In this document: positions 38,295-47,172 of the stretch, piece by piece
How positions within the stretch are numbered: position 1 is the stretch's first letter
How the letters are laid out: the number at the start of each line of letters is the position of its first letter
NCBI GenBank assembly: GCA_903879715.1
Contig: CAIRMR010000153.1
Coordinates: 3,026-67,025 of the forward strand
Reading direction: 5' to 3'
From: an uncultured Bacteroidales bacterium
GTDB lineage: Bacteria; Bacteroidota; Bacteroidia; Bacteroidales; UBA4417
Length of the DNA stretch: 64,000 nt
Notes under the pieces: generated by a model
What the model was told of the DNA's origin: nothing
What the model saw: the letters and a program-made list of their open reading frames with translations, nothing else
Database searches by the model: none
Position numbers and translations under genes: made by a program

Positions 38295-38810
38295 TTATTT
38301 CTTCTTTATCATCTCCTCAACCTGTACCGTATATTTCTGCACCAGCGGAATTACAGCAGGAGCTACAGCCGCAACCGGTTTATATAATACAGATCCTTTT
38401 TTGTGCGTGGCCGTGAAAAGGCTTTCGTGGGGATCAATACGAGCGAATAATAAAAAAAGGAAACTTGCTATCAACAGTCCTTTTGCAATGCCAAATAGTG
38501 CACCGGCCAAACGGTTCACAATTCCCAGCCCGACGGTTTTTACAACACCTGTCATAAAACGGCCCAGCAGAAAAATAAGAACGACCACAATTACAAATGT
38601 AACAATATAGGCTATCAACTTAATGTTGCCGCTTTTCAGGCCCATATCATGTTGCAGCCAGTTAGCGGTAAATTCCGAGAAATGCGCAGCTGCATAAAAG
38701 CCAAGTATCAATCCTGCCAGGGTTGCAATACTGATAATAAAACCGTTGGTAAAACCTTTAAAAGCAAAGTAAAACAGGAAAATGGCAAGGATGATATCGA
38801 GTGTTGACAT
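38295..38810 (-). CDS. cvpA: CvpA family membrane protein
   Basis: 171 aa: MSTLDIILAIFLFYFAFKGFTNGFI... and four TM helices typical of CvpA. Confidence 0.8.
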   Translation of the reverse strand: MSTLDIILAIFLFYFAFKGFTNGFIISIATLAGLILGFYAAAHFSEFTANWLQHDMGLKSGNIKLIAYIVTFVIVVVLIFLLGRFMTGVVKTVGLGIVNRLAGALFGIAKGLLIASFLFLLFARIDPHESLFTATHKKGSVLYKPVAAVAPAVIPLVQKYTVQVEEMIKKK

Positions 38811-38884
38811 GCAGTTTATTTCGAAATGAATTTTTCATAAAAAGAATACAATTGATACGAAATTTAGGAAAAAAAATTGCCTGA

Positions 38885-39072
38885 TTTCTAATTTAAAGTC
38901 CCAAGTCTCAAAATACAAGACCCAAATCCCAAGCCCCGATTAGAATGAAATAGTTTATCCTTTAAAGATCTCAATCCCTCAAAGTCCTCGTCCAACAACA
39001 ATTGAATGACAACCGAATGACAACTGCCTTTCAGGAATCCCAACCCCGAACTTGAATCCCAAACACCCAACT
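38885..39072. repeat. CA-rich CCCAA/CCAAAAT-type low-complexity repeat (family B, copy 3, one-armed)
   Basis: aaagtcccaagtctcaaaatacaagacccaaatcccaagcccc ... ggaatcccaaccccgaacttgaatcccaaacacccaactcctaaccccc. It shares the aagacccaaat and ctcaaa motifs with copies 1 and 2, but no complementary GT arm is present. Confidence 0.6.
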
Positions 39073-39073
39073 C

Positions 39074-39838
39074 CTAACCCCCAACACCTTTCACCGGCCT
39101 TAATCTTTTAGTCAGTTCCGAAGTAAACACAAATGCCTGGAGTTCCGGGTTTTCGGTATACAAAATATTGTTTTTAGTTCCTTCCCACCACAATTTGCCC
39201 TGGTACAGGAAGTAGATTTTCTCGCCGATTTCAAGCACCGAATTCATGTCGTGAGTTACCACAACGGTAGTCATATTATACTCGATGGTAATTTCCTTGA
39301 TCAGTTCATCAATAAGGTGGGCGGTTTGTGGATCGAGGCCCGAATTAGGCTCATCACAAAACAGGTATCGCGGGTTCATGGAGATGGCACGGGCAATGGC
39401 GACGCGCTTTTTCATACCACCGCTAAGTTCCGATGGGTAAAGTTTGTTGACATTCTGCAGGTTCACCCTCGAAAGGCAGAAGTTTGCCCGCTCAAGTTTT
39501 TCCTGGGGTGATTGTTTTGTAAACATGGTAAGCGGAAACATAACATTTTCCTCAACGGTAAGTGAATCGAACAGAGCGCCTCCCTGGAAAAGCATCCCGA
39601 TCTCTTGCCGGATTTCTTTCATCTCGTTGAACGACATTTTCGAAAACTCCCTGTCATCGTAAAACACTTTGCCATGATCAAATTCCAGCAAGCCAACAAG
39701 GCATTTGAGCAAAACAGTTTTCCCCATTCCGCTCTGGCCGATAATCAGGTTAGTCTGCCCTTTTTCCATGGTGACTGAAACATCTTCGAGCACCAGCCGC
39801 TCGCCAAAACTCTTACTGATATTTTTACCCTCTATCAT
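39074..39838 (-). CDS. mlaF: ABC transporter ATP-binding protein (MlaF-like)
   Basis: Walker A GQSGMGKT, signature LSGGMKKRV, Walker B LFCDEP. Overlaps the upstream permease gene by 4 nt. Confidence 0.85.
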   Translation of the reverse strand: MIEGKNISKSFGERLVLEDVSVTMEKGQTNLIIGQSGMGKTVLLKCLVGLLEFDHGKVFYDDREFSKMSFNEMKEIRQEIGMLFQGGALFDSLTVEENVMFPLTMFTKQSPQEKLERANFCLSRVNLQNVNKLYPSELSGGMKKRVAIARAISMNPRYLFCDEPNSGLDPQTAHLIDELIKEITIEYNMTTVVVTHDMNSVLEIGEKIYFLYQGKLWWEGTKNNILYTENPELQAFVFTSELTKRLRPVKGVGG

Positions 39839-40584
39839 GCCAGCAGGATTTGAGTGAGGATGAGGTTCATAAAGATGATGGCAATACTGCTGTATACGAC
39901 GCCATTGGTACTTGCTTCGCCAACTTCGAGCGCTCCGCCTTTGGTATAATATCCATTATAGGCTGAAACAGAAGCAATAATAAACGCAAAGACAACGGTT
40001 TTCGTTAAAGCATAGAAAATATCATACAAATGAAAAAAGGATTGAATGCCATAAATATATTCAGCAGATGGGAAAAGTCCTGTAAAAATCCCTGCAAGCC
40101 ATCCACCGCCTACTGCAAGTAACATGCTCATCATGATCAGGAAAGGATTAATAATCATGGACGCTACTATTTTAGGCAGAATGAGGAACGTAGCGGGATT
40201 GATACCCATGATTTCGAGGGCGTCGATTTGTTCGGTAACGCGCATGGTTCCTATTTCCGAGGCAATTCTTGACCCAACCTTACCGGCAAGGATGAGGCTG
40301 ATGATAGTAGGAGCAAACTCAAGTTCCACACTTTGCCTGGTCACAAAACCGATGGTGTAGGATGGAATCAGCGGAGTATCAATGTTAAACGCCATCTGAA
40401 TGGCAAGCACAGCACCCATGAATACCGAAATAATAGCAACAATACCAACGGAAGCCAGGCCGAGATTTTCCATCTCTACCATAATCTGCCGGAAGTAAAT
40501 TGACTGCTTTTCAGGACGTTGAAATGCCAGCCGTAATAAACTCAAGTAGCGTCCAAAGTGGAATAAAAATTTCATTTCATACAA
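39835..40584 (-). CDS. mlaE: MlaE-family ABC permease
   Basis: 249 aa: ...LILAGKVGSRIASEIGTMRVTEQIDALEIMGINP..., the typical MlaE/Ttg2B block. Confidence 0.85.
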   Translation of the reverse strand: MYEMKFLFHFGRYLSLLRLAFQRPEKQSIYFRQIMVEMENLGLASVGIVAIISVFMGAVLAIQMAFNIDTPLIPSYTIGFVTRQSVELEFAPTIISLILAGKVGSRIASEIGTMRVTEQIDALEIMGINPATFLILPKIVASMIINPFLIMMSMLLAVGGGWLAGIFTGLFPSAEYIYGIQSFFHLYDIFYALTKTVVFAFIIASVSAYNGYYTKGGALEVGEASTNGVVYSSIAIIFMNLILTQILLA

Positions 40585-40718
40585 TAATAAGTGCTAAATT
40601 AGCGTAAATTTCAGGACTGGCATCTTCACCTGGATTATTTTCTGAACAAGCAGAAGAAATAATTGTTAAAATTTAGGTTAAAAAGCCGCAAAAAAACCTT
40701 AGAATCAGACAACTAAAT

Positions 40719-40949
40719 ATGATAAAGAATATACCTTCAAAAATTGGAATGCGTCAAATCTTATTTTTGGCTTCATTCGTCTTCTTTTTGATATTTTCAG
40801 GCTGTGCCGGCAGTCAGAATTCACATAGCGGCAAACACCGCAAACCTGTTTCAACCGGTAAACGTAAATGCGGATGTAGTTTGTTGACACCCGATTCAAA
40901 ACACACCATTAAATTGTATCAGTCGACTTATTATGTCCTACAAGCCTGA
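40719..40949 (+). CDS. Possible small basic lipoprotein (hypothetical)
   Basis: 76 aa with lipobox LIFSGCAGSQ. Overlaps the next gene by 17 nt. No recognisable family, so it may not be expressed. Confidence 0.3.
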   Translation: MIKNIPSKIGMRQILFLASFVFFLIFSGCAGSQNSHSGKHRKPVSTGKRKCGCSLLTPDSKHTIKLYQSTYYVLQA

Positions 40950-41547
40950 AACACTGGATGGTGTTCTATCCCGGTTTCCTGAGCAGGCCAGGTTGCTTAC
41001 ACAGCCTTTATTTGATGAACATCGCTTTCTTTTCCGTATAACAGCGCCACGCAAAACCAGGCTTGGGAGTTTTAAAGGCGTGCGTTTTGGTGCCCGGCCG
41101 GTAATCCAGATAAATTCCGACCTTGGTCAATACACGTTTCTGCTCGTTTTTCTGCATGAACTTGCTCACCTGGTTGTGACGAAAAAATTTGGACGCAAAG
41201 CAAAACCGCATGGTGCAGAGTGGAAAAATGCTTACCGAAACCTGGTTCAACCTTTCTTTAACGAACAGGTTTTTCCACCGGTTCTTACCGCTGAACTCCA
41301 CAGGTATTTCATTAAAACACCCGCCACTTTTCAACACGATACAAGGCTTATCAATACTCTTTCTTCCCTCGAGGGTGGATCACAAATGGTAACGGTTAAC
41401 GATATTCCTTTGAACAGTACTTTTACTTTGATGAGTGGCCGGCAGTTTGTGAAACTCGAAAAACTCCGCACCCGGTATAAATGCTTTTGCCCGAAAACCA
41501 AAAAGTATTACCTTGTTCCTAAGTCAGCGCAGGTGATGCAGGCTTGA
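40933..41547 (+). CDS. SprT-like zinc-metalloprotease-domain protein
   Basis: 204 aa with HExxH in FLHELAHLV, followed by ...HGAEW. Confidence 0.65.
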   Translation: MSYKPETLDGVLSRFPEQARLLTQPLFDEHRFLFRITAPRKTRLGSFKGVRFGARPVIQINSDLGQYTFLLVFLHELAHLVVTKKFGRKAKPHGAEWKNAYRNLVQPFFNEQVFPPVLTAELHRYFIKTPATFQHDTRLINTLSSLEGGSQMVTVNDIPLNSTFTLMSGRQFVKLEKLRTRYKCFCPKTKKYYLVPKSAQVMQA

Positions 41548-41554
41548 AGTGGAT

Positions 41555-41778
41555 TTGCGATTTCAGATTGACGATGTACGATTGGGGTAGACGAATCGTA
41601 AATCGTACTTCATGAATCGTTCCTTATAAATCGCAAATCGTACCTCGCAAATCGTAAATCGTACCTCGTAAATCGTACCTCGTAAATCGTACTTCGTACC
41701 TCGTACCTCGTAAATCGTACCTCGTACCTCGTAAATCGTAAATCGTACCTCGTAAATCGTACCTCGTAAATCCATATC
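41555..41778. repeat. CGTA heptad repeat (family A, copy 4): hairpin head plus about 20 tandem heptads
   Basis: gcgattt...aaatcgc and tacgatt...aatcgta are inverted pairs. From about 41630 onward the sequence is tcgcaaa tcgtacc tcgcaaa tcgtaaa tcgtacc tcgtaaa ... (units TCGTACC/TCGTAAA). Confidence 0.9.
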
Positions 41779-41907
41779 GTAAGAACAAAGCACCCTTTAG
41801 AATATTAATTCCCCCTTTAGTTAATCTGAAACCGGATTCATTACCTTTGCAAAAAATACATCCTTCAAATTATTGTAATCTAAATTGTTACATTAATATA
41901 TATCTTT

Positions 41908-42999
41908 ATGAACAAAGACTACTATTGTGTGATCATGGCTGGCGGAGTTGGAGCTCGCTTCTGGCCTTTGAGCCGTAACTCGCGACCTAAACAGTTTATT
42001 GATATACTGGGAACCGGCGAAACGCTGATCCAGCAAACGTTTAGAAGGCTAACCACGATTTGTCCGCCCGAAAATATATTTGTAGTAACCCACCAGCAGT
42101 ATTTCGATCAGGTTGTTGAGCAGTTACCCGCCATCGTTCCTGATCATGTGCTCTGCGAGCCAATGCGCCGAAATACGGCTCCGTGTATTGCCTATGCCAC
42201 TCATAAAATATATAAGTTGAACCCCAACGCCAGTATAGTTGTTGCTCCTTCGGATCATATCATTCTCAAAGAAGAGGTTTTTACCCAAACACTGCTTTGT
42301 GCCTTGAAGGCTGCTTCCCAAAATGATTGGCTGCTAACGCTTGGCATCACACCCAGCAGGCCAGATACCGGCTATGGATACATACAATTTGATGAAACAC
42401 ACTCCTATACTTCTGAATGCAAAGTACGGAAAGTAAAAACATTTACCGAGAAACCCAATCATGAACTGGCAGAATCGTTTCTGCAAAGCGGTGATTTCCT
42501 GTGGAATGCAGGTATTTTTATCTGGTCTGTTAAAAGTATTCTCGCCGCTTTCGAAAAACACCTTCCCGAGTTGGACAGCCTTTTTAAAGAAGGTGCCGAT
42601 TTATATTATACCGACGAAGAATCAACATATATCGAAAGTGCTTACACCATCTGTAAAAGCATTTCAATCGATTACGGTGTGATGGAGAAAGCTGATAATG
42701 TGTTTGTTCTGGCAGCTGATATCGGCTGGAGCGATTTAGGCACCTGGGGCTCTCTTTACGACACTTCGGCAAAAGATGCCGACGGAAACGCAATAACAGG
42801 TTCAAAACCGCTTACCTACGATACACATAACTGCATAATTAACCTGCCTCTGGACAAGGTTGCTGTAATTCAGGGTATTAACGATATGATAGTTGTCGAA
42901 GATAATGGCATACTGCTTATCTGCAAACGCGGCGACGAACAGAACATCCGCAGTTATGTTGACGCTGTCCGCAATGAAAAAGGTGAGCAGTACGTTTAA
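41908..42999 (+). CDS. manC: Mannose-1-phosphate guanylyltransferase
   Basis: 363 aa: IMAGGVGARFWPLSR N-terminal nucleotidyltransferase motif and family-typical length. Confidence 0.85.
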   Translation: MNKDYYCVIMAGGVGARFWPLSRNSRPKQFIDILGTGETLIQQTFRRLTTICPPENIFVVTHQQYFDQVVEQLPAIVPDHVLCEPMRRNTAPCIAYATHKIYKLNPNASIVVAPSDHIILKEEVFTQTLLCALKAASQNDWLLTLGITPSRPDTGYGYIQFDETHSYTSECKVRKVKTFTEKPNHELAESFLQSGDFLWNAGIFIWSVKSILAAFEKHLPELDSLFKEGADLYYTDEESTYIESAYTICKSISIDYGVMEKADNVFVLAADIGWSDLGTWGSLYDTSAKDADGNAITGSKPLTYDTHNCIINLPLDKVAVIQGINDMIVVEDNGILLICKRGDEQNIRSYVDAVRNEKGEQYV

Positions 43000-43042
43000 T
43001 AACCGCTTAATTTAAAACCATCGCCTTAAAAAAAGATTAAGA

Positions 43043-43135
43043 ATCCTGCTAGGTTCAGGTTGAGGTTCAGGTTGAGGTTGAGGTTGAGGTTGAGTGCATC
43101 GGTGCTTAAACTCAACCTGAACCTCAACCTGGATT
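43043..43135. repeat. GGTTGA/GGTTCA hexamer palindrome (hairpin) downstream of manC
   Basis: aggttcaggttgaggttcaggttgaggttgaggttgaggttgag - tgcatcggtgcttaaa - ctcaacctgaacctcaacct. Confidence 0.85.
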
Positions 43136-43217
43136 TAAAGAACCCGAAAATTATAATAAAATACTTTATACAACCAAAACCTTAATTATTTACCCATTAA
43201 CAGAACCATAATCACCC

Positions 43218-45371
43218 ATGAAAAAAATCACTCTTGTCATTCTGACGCTTTTATCCGTAATTACCTTCCAGAGTCGTGCTGACGAAGGCATGTGGCTGCC
43301 TTTATTTGTTCAGCGTCTCAATTATGTGGATATGCAAAAAGAAGGCCTACATCTCACGGCTGAAGAAATATACAGTATCAACCATTCCAGTCTTAAAGAC
43401 GCAATTATCATTTTCGCTGGTGGCTGTACCGGTGAAATTGTATCGCCTAATGGTTTGATTTTCACAAATCACCACTGCGGTTATGGCTCAATCCAATCAC
43501 ACAGCACGGTTGATCACGATTACCTGAGCGATGGATTCTGGGCAACCCGCTACGAGGAAGAATTACCTACTCCCGGTTTAAGAGCCAGTTTCCTTGTAAG
43601 CATTCAGGATGTAACTGCAGTTGTACTTGCTGGAGTTTCGAGTTCGATGACGGAGGCTCAAAGGGCTGATAAAATTAAGGAGAATTCAAAAAAAATTGAG
43701 GCTGAAAATACCAAAGGAACCCAATACGACGCGCGTACAACAGCTTTTTTTAACGGTAACGAATATTACCTTTTCCTGTATGAAGTTTATAAAGACGTAA
43801 GGCTTGTTGGAGCACCACCTACCTCCATTGGCAAATTCGGCGCCGATACCGATAACTGGATGTGGCCCAGGCATACAGGTGATTTCTCGGTTTTCAGGGT
43901 ATACGCCAGCAAGGAAAATAAACCTGCTGAATACGCTGCCGAAAATGTTCCTATGAAGTCAAAGCAATTTCTGCCTGTATCGATTAAAGAAAAAAAGAAA
44001 GGCGATTTTGCCATGATTATGGGCTATCCGGGCCGAACAACCCGTTATGCAACTTCAACTGCCATCAAGTTTGCTTTGGAGAAAAACAATCCTATGGTTG
44101 TGAAAATACGTACCCAAAAACTTGATATCCTTCGCGAAGACATGGCGGCTGATGCCGCTGTTCGTATAAAATACGCTGCTAAATTTGCAGGATCGGCAAA
44201 TTATTGGAAATATTATATTGGCCAGAGTAAAGGACTGAAACAACTGGGTGTATACGACAGGAAAAAAGAACTTGAGGATCAGTTTGTAAAATGGATCAGT
44301 ACGGATAAAGATCGCACCGCTACATACGGTGAAGCATTAAATGATATCTCTCAGGCCTACGAAACCTTAAATAAATACGAAGCTCCCGTACGTTACAATG
44401 CTGAAGCTATTATGCAGGGTTGTGAAATTATCGCTTTTTCAAGGAATTTTAACAAACTGGCCGAAGAACTTGCCAAGCCAAAACCTGATCAGAAAATCGT
44501 TAAAACCTTAACCAAACAGGTTACCGAAGCATCCGGAAAATATTTCAAGGACTACAATAAAGCTACTGATGTTAAAATGCTGGCTGCCATGCTGCAACTG
44601 TATTACCACGATGTTCCCAAAGAAATGCAGCCTGATTACCTCGGGAAGATTTATAAAAAATACAAAGGAGATTTTGCCGCCTATGCCAGTGAAGTCTTCA
44701 ATAAAACCAATTTCAGCGATACTACGAAAGTAAAATTATTTCTTTCAAATCTCAAATTGAAATCCTTACAAAAAGATCCGGCATGGATTTTATACAAGGC
44801 TTTCAGTGCCAACTCAGGCCTTATCGATAGTTTGGTAAAACCTTCCAACGAATTGCTCGCTAAAGGAAACAGGTTATTTATGCAAGGCCTGCGCGAAATG
44901 CAAAGCGACAAGACTTTTTATCCTGATGCCAACAGCACCATGCGATTAACTTATGGCCAGGTGCTTGACTACAGCCCGGCCGATGGCATTGATTACAATT
45001 ATGTAACTACCCTTGATGGTGTCATGGCAAAAGAAGATCCTTCGAACCCTGAATTCGTGGTATCTGAAAAACTTAAACAATTATACAAATCGAAAGATTA
45101 TGGCCGCTACGGCGAAAATGGCAAAATGGTGGTTGGTTTCCTGACCAACAACGATATTACCGGAGGAAACTCTGGCAGCCCGGTATTAAATGGTGATGGC
45201 GAACTTATCGGGCTTGCTTTCGACGGAAACTGGGAAGCCATGAGTGGAAATTATGCTTTCGAGCCTAAACTTCAGCGTACGATCTGTGTTGATATACGGT
45301 ATGTTCTTTTTGTAATAGATAAATATGCCGGTGCCACCAATCTTATTAATGAGCTCGACATACGTAATTAA
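43218..45371 (+). CDS. S46 family dipeptidyl-peptidase (DPP7/DPP11-like)
   Basis: 717 aa with a signal peptide followed by DEGMWLP. Catalytic blocks are TNHHCG (His) and GGNSGSPV (Ser). Confidence 0.9.
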   Translation: MKKITLVILTLLSVITFQSRADEGMWLPLFVQRLNYVDMQKEGLHLTAEEIYSINHSSLKDAIIIFAGGCTGEIVSPNGLIFTNHHCGYGSIQSHSTVDHDYLSDGFWATRYEEELPTPGLRASFLVSIQDVTAVVLAGVSSSMTEAQRADKIKENSKKIEAENTKGTQYDARTTAFFNGNEYYLFLYEVYKDVRLVGAPPTSIGKFGADTDNWMWPRHTGDFSVFRVYASKENKPAEYAAENVPMKSKQFLPVSIKEKKKGDFAMIMGYPGRTTRYATSTAIKFALEKNNPMVVKIRTQKLDILREDMAADAAVRIKYAAKFAGSANYWKYYIGQSKGLKQLGVYDRKKELEDQFVKWISTDKDRTATYGEALNDISQAYETLNKYEAPVRYNAEAIMQGCEIIAFSRNFNKLAEELAKPKPDQKIVKTLTKQVTEASGKYFKDYNKATDVKMLAAMLQLYYHDVPKEMQPDYLGKIYKKYKGDFAAYASEVFNKTNFSDTTKVKLFLSNLKLKSLQKDPAWILYKAFSANSGLIDSLVKPSNELLAKGNRLFMQGLREMQSDKTFYPDANSTMRLTYGQVLDYSPADGIDYNYVTTLDGVMAKEDPSNPEFVVSEKLKQLYKSKDYGRYGENGKMVVGFLTNNDITGGNSGSPVLNGDGELIGLAFDGNWEAMSGNYAFEPKLQRTICVDIRYVLFVIDKYAGATNLINELDIRN

Positions 45372-45411
45372 CTGATTTCCATAATTTTTAAAAAACATCA
45401 TTCAAATTAAA

Positions 45412-46620
45412 ATGAAAATCCGAATCTTTAAATTAGCATTTCTATCATTCTTCATACTGGTTGTTTTCACTTCATGTAATACTGATACCATTGACGTTAC
45501 GCCACAATTTCTGCGTTGCGGGAATAGCCTGGTTTTGTCTGAAAATGGCAATCTGGTTATCGCCGGTTATAACACATCCTCTTCAACAGGGTATGACGCA
45601 GTTCTGATGATGAGAAAAACTGATGGTGATACTGCTACTGCCTGGACCAAGTCATTTGGAGGATCTTATTCAGATGCGTTCTATTGTGTTAAAAATTCAA
45701 ATGAAGGTGGATTTATTGCCGCTGGTTTTACTAACAAGGCTAGTGTTGGTTCACCTGCCATGTTTGTGGTAATAACAGATGAAAACGGCAAATTGAAAAA
45801 TACGAAAACTTACCAGTTTGCTGCTGCTTCACAGGGCTTCAGTGTGATATCAGCCAATGCCGATAGCGGATATCTTGTTGCCGGCGTTGTTCAAAATACC
45901 AGTAGCTCCGACCGCGATATTTACCTGGTTCGGATAAAGGAATACGGAGACACATTATGGACAAAACGACTGGGCGCAAAAAGTGCCAGTCAGTACGACA
46001 TGGTTAATGATGCCGCATACTCGGTAATTGCCGCGCCGGCTCCAGATTCCGGGTATTACATTACGGGATCATTGAACGGATACTCCCAGTATGGGGGTAA
46101 AATTTTTCTTATGAAAGTTTCGGCTGAAGGTGACAGCCTGTGGACAAAAACATACGGTACCGGTATCGGATTTTCATTAACGCTTACCAAGGATAATGGA
46201 ATAGCCATTAGTGGTTCTTTGCAGGAAGGAAGCAGCCAGGATGTTTTCCTCCTAAAGACAAATCTGGATGGAGAAGCTCTATGGTCATATTCTTATGGGG
46301 GTTCCGGTTTCGAATATGGTGCAAATATGATTGAAACTTCCGATGGCGGATTTGCCATAGCGGGAATTACCGATAGTAAAGGCTATGGTAATCAGGATGT
46401 GTGCCTTCTGCTCACCAATTCTTTTGGTATTGGCTCCTGGGATCAGGTAAAAACCTATGGTATGACTGATAATGATCAGGGCTTTGGCCTGGTTGAGATG
46501 CCAGACAAGGGATTCAGTATAACCGGGCTTTCCAACTCAGGTGGGAGCTATATCTTCCTGAATCGCGTTCAAAGTGATGGAACCCCGGGTACAGTGGGAT
46601 GGGAAAAATATATTGAATAA
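45412..46620 (+). CDS. Lipoprotein with about 6-7 degenerate repeats of about 50 aa (beta-propeller-like), function unknown
   Basis: 402 aa with lipobox VFTSCNTD. The pattern D(I/V)(Y/F)L(V/M/L)K...G(D/E)xLW(T/S)K..G recurs. Confidence 0.7.
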   Translation: MKIRIFKLAFLSFFILVVFTSCNTDTIDVTPQFLRCGNSLVLSENGNLVIAGYNTSSSTGYDAVLMMRKTDGDTATAWTKSFGGSYSDAFYCVKNSNEGGFIAAGFTNKASVGSPAMFVVITDENGKLKNTKTYQFAAASQGFSVISANADSGYLVAGVVQNTSSSDRDIYLVRIKEYGDTLWTKRLGAKSASQYDMVNDAAYSVIAAPAPDSGYYITGSLNGYSQYGGKIFLMKVSAEGDSLWTKTYGTGIGFSLTLTKDNGIAISGSLQEGSSQDVFLLKTNLDGEALWSYSYGGSGFEYGANMIETSDGGFAIAGITDSKGYGNQDVCLLLTNSFGIGSWDQVKTYGMTDNDQGFGLVEMPDKGFSITGLSNSGGSYIFLNRVQSDGTPGTVGWEKYIE

Positions 46621-46665
46621 TATCCGCATAAAATCTGACTGTATTGCATTTCAGGCAATGTGAAG

Positions 46666-46708
46666 TGAAAGAAAGAGGCTGTTTCCTTGAGAAACAGCCT
46701 CTTTCTTT
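46666..46708 (+). terminator. Rho-independent-type terminator after the repeat lipoprotein gene
   Basis: gaaagaaagaggctgtttc (46666-46684), loop cttga, then gaaacagcctctttctttc (46690-46708): a perfect 19-bp stem followed by a T-rich tract. Confidence 0.75.
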
Positions 46709-47172
46709 CGTATTTGTTTGAATATTTTCTGTTAAACATATCAAGTGTCTATTTGTTATATTTGCGCATATAGCACAAGGCTTTTGCTAAAATGGCACAT
46801 AATTACCATTGCAATGTCTTCGCTCTGATCAGCAATACTCCAATCAGTAATTAAATTGATTTTTTTCAATTTTAAACAATTTTTCTTCGATCTGTACCAC
46901 GCTTTCCGTTTATAATTTGTTCTATACTGAACCTAATCAGAAATATCAGTGTATCAATAAACCAATAGATGAAGATAAATCAATATTTTTGTAAAAATGT
47001 AGTGTTCCGGAACAGGGTTATAGGATAAATATGCCAGTAACAGTGACAAAAACACTTTCGTCGTCTGCATAAAAAATACAATTCAGTATTACTATGTGAG
47101 GATGAAGCTAATACAAAATCACTGAACATTTTCGACCAATAGTGAGCATCCATCAAATATGAGGAGAAACCC

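Noticed and set aside
38888-39070. A 60-aa minus-strand ORF between the mlaF-like gene and cvpA.
   Set aside because: It coincides with the CA-rich low-complexity repeat (family B, copy 3). There is no coding signal.
41563-41793. A 76-aa minus-strand ORF (…GTIYEVRFTIYEVRGTIYEVRG…).
   Set aside because: It is a translation of the heptad microsatellite. A 7-nt period cycles through all frames, so this is an artefact.
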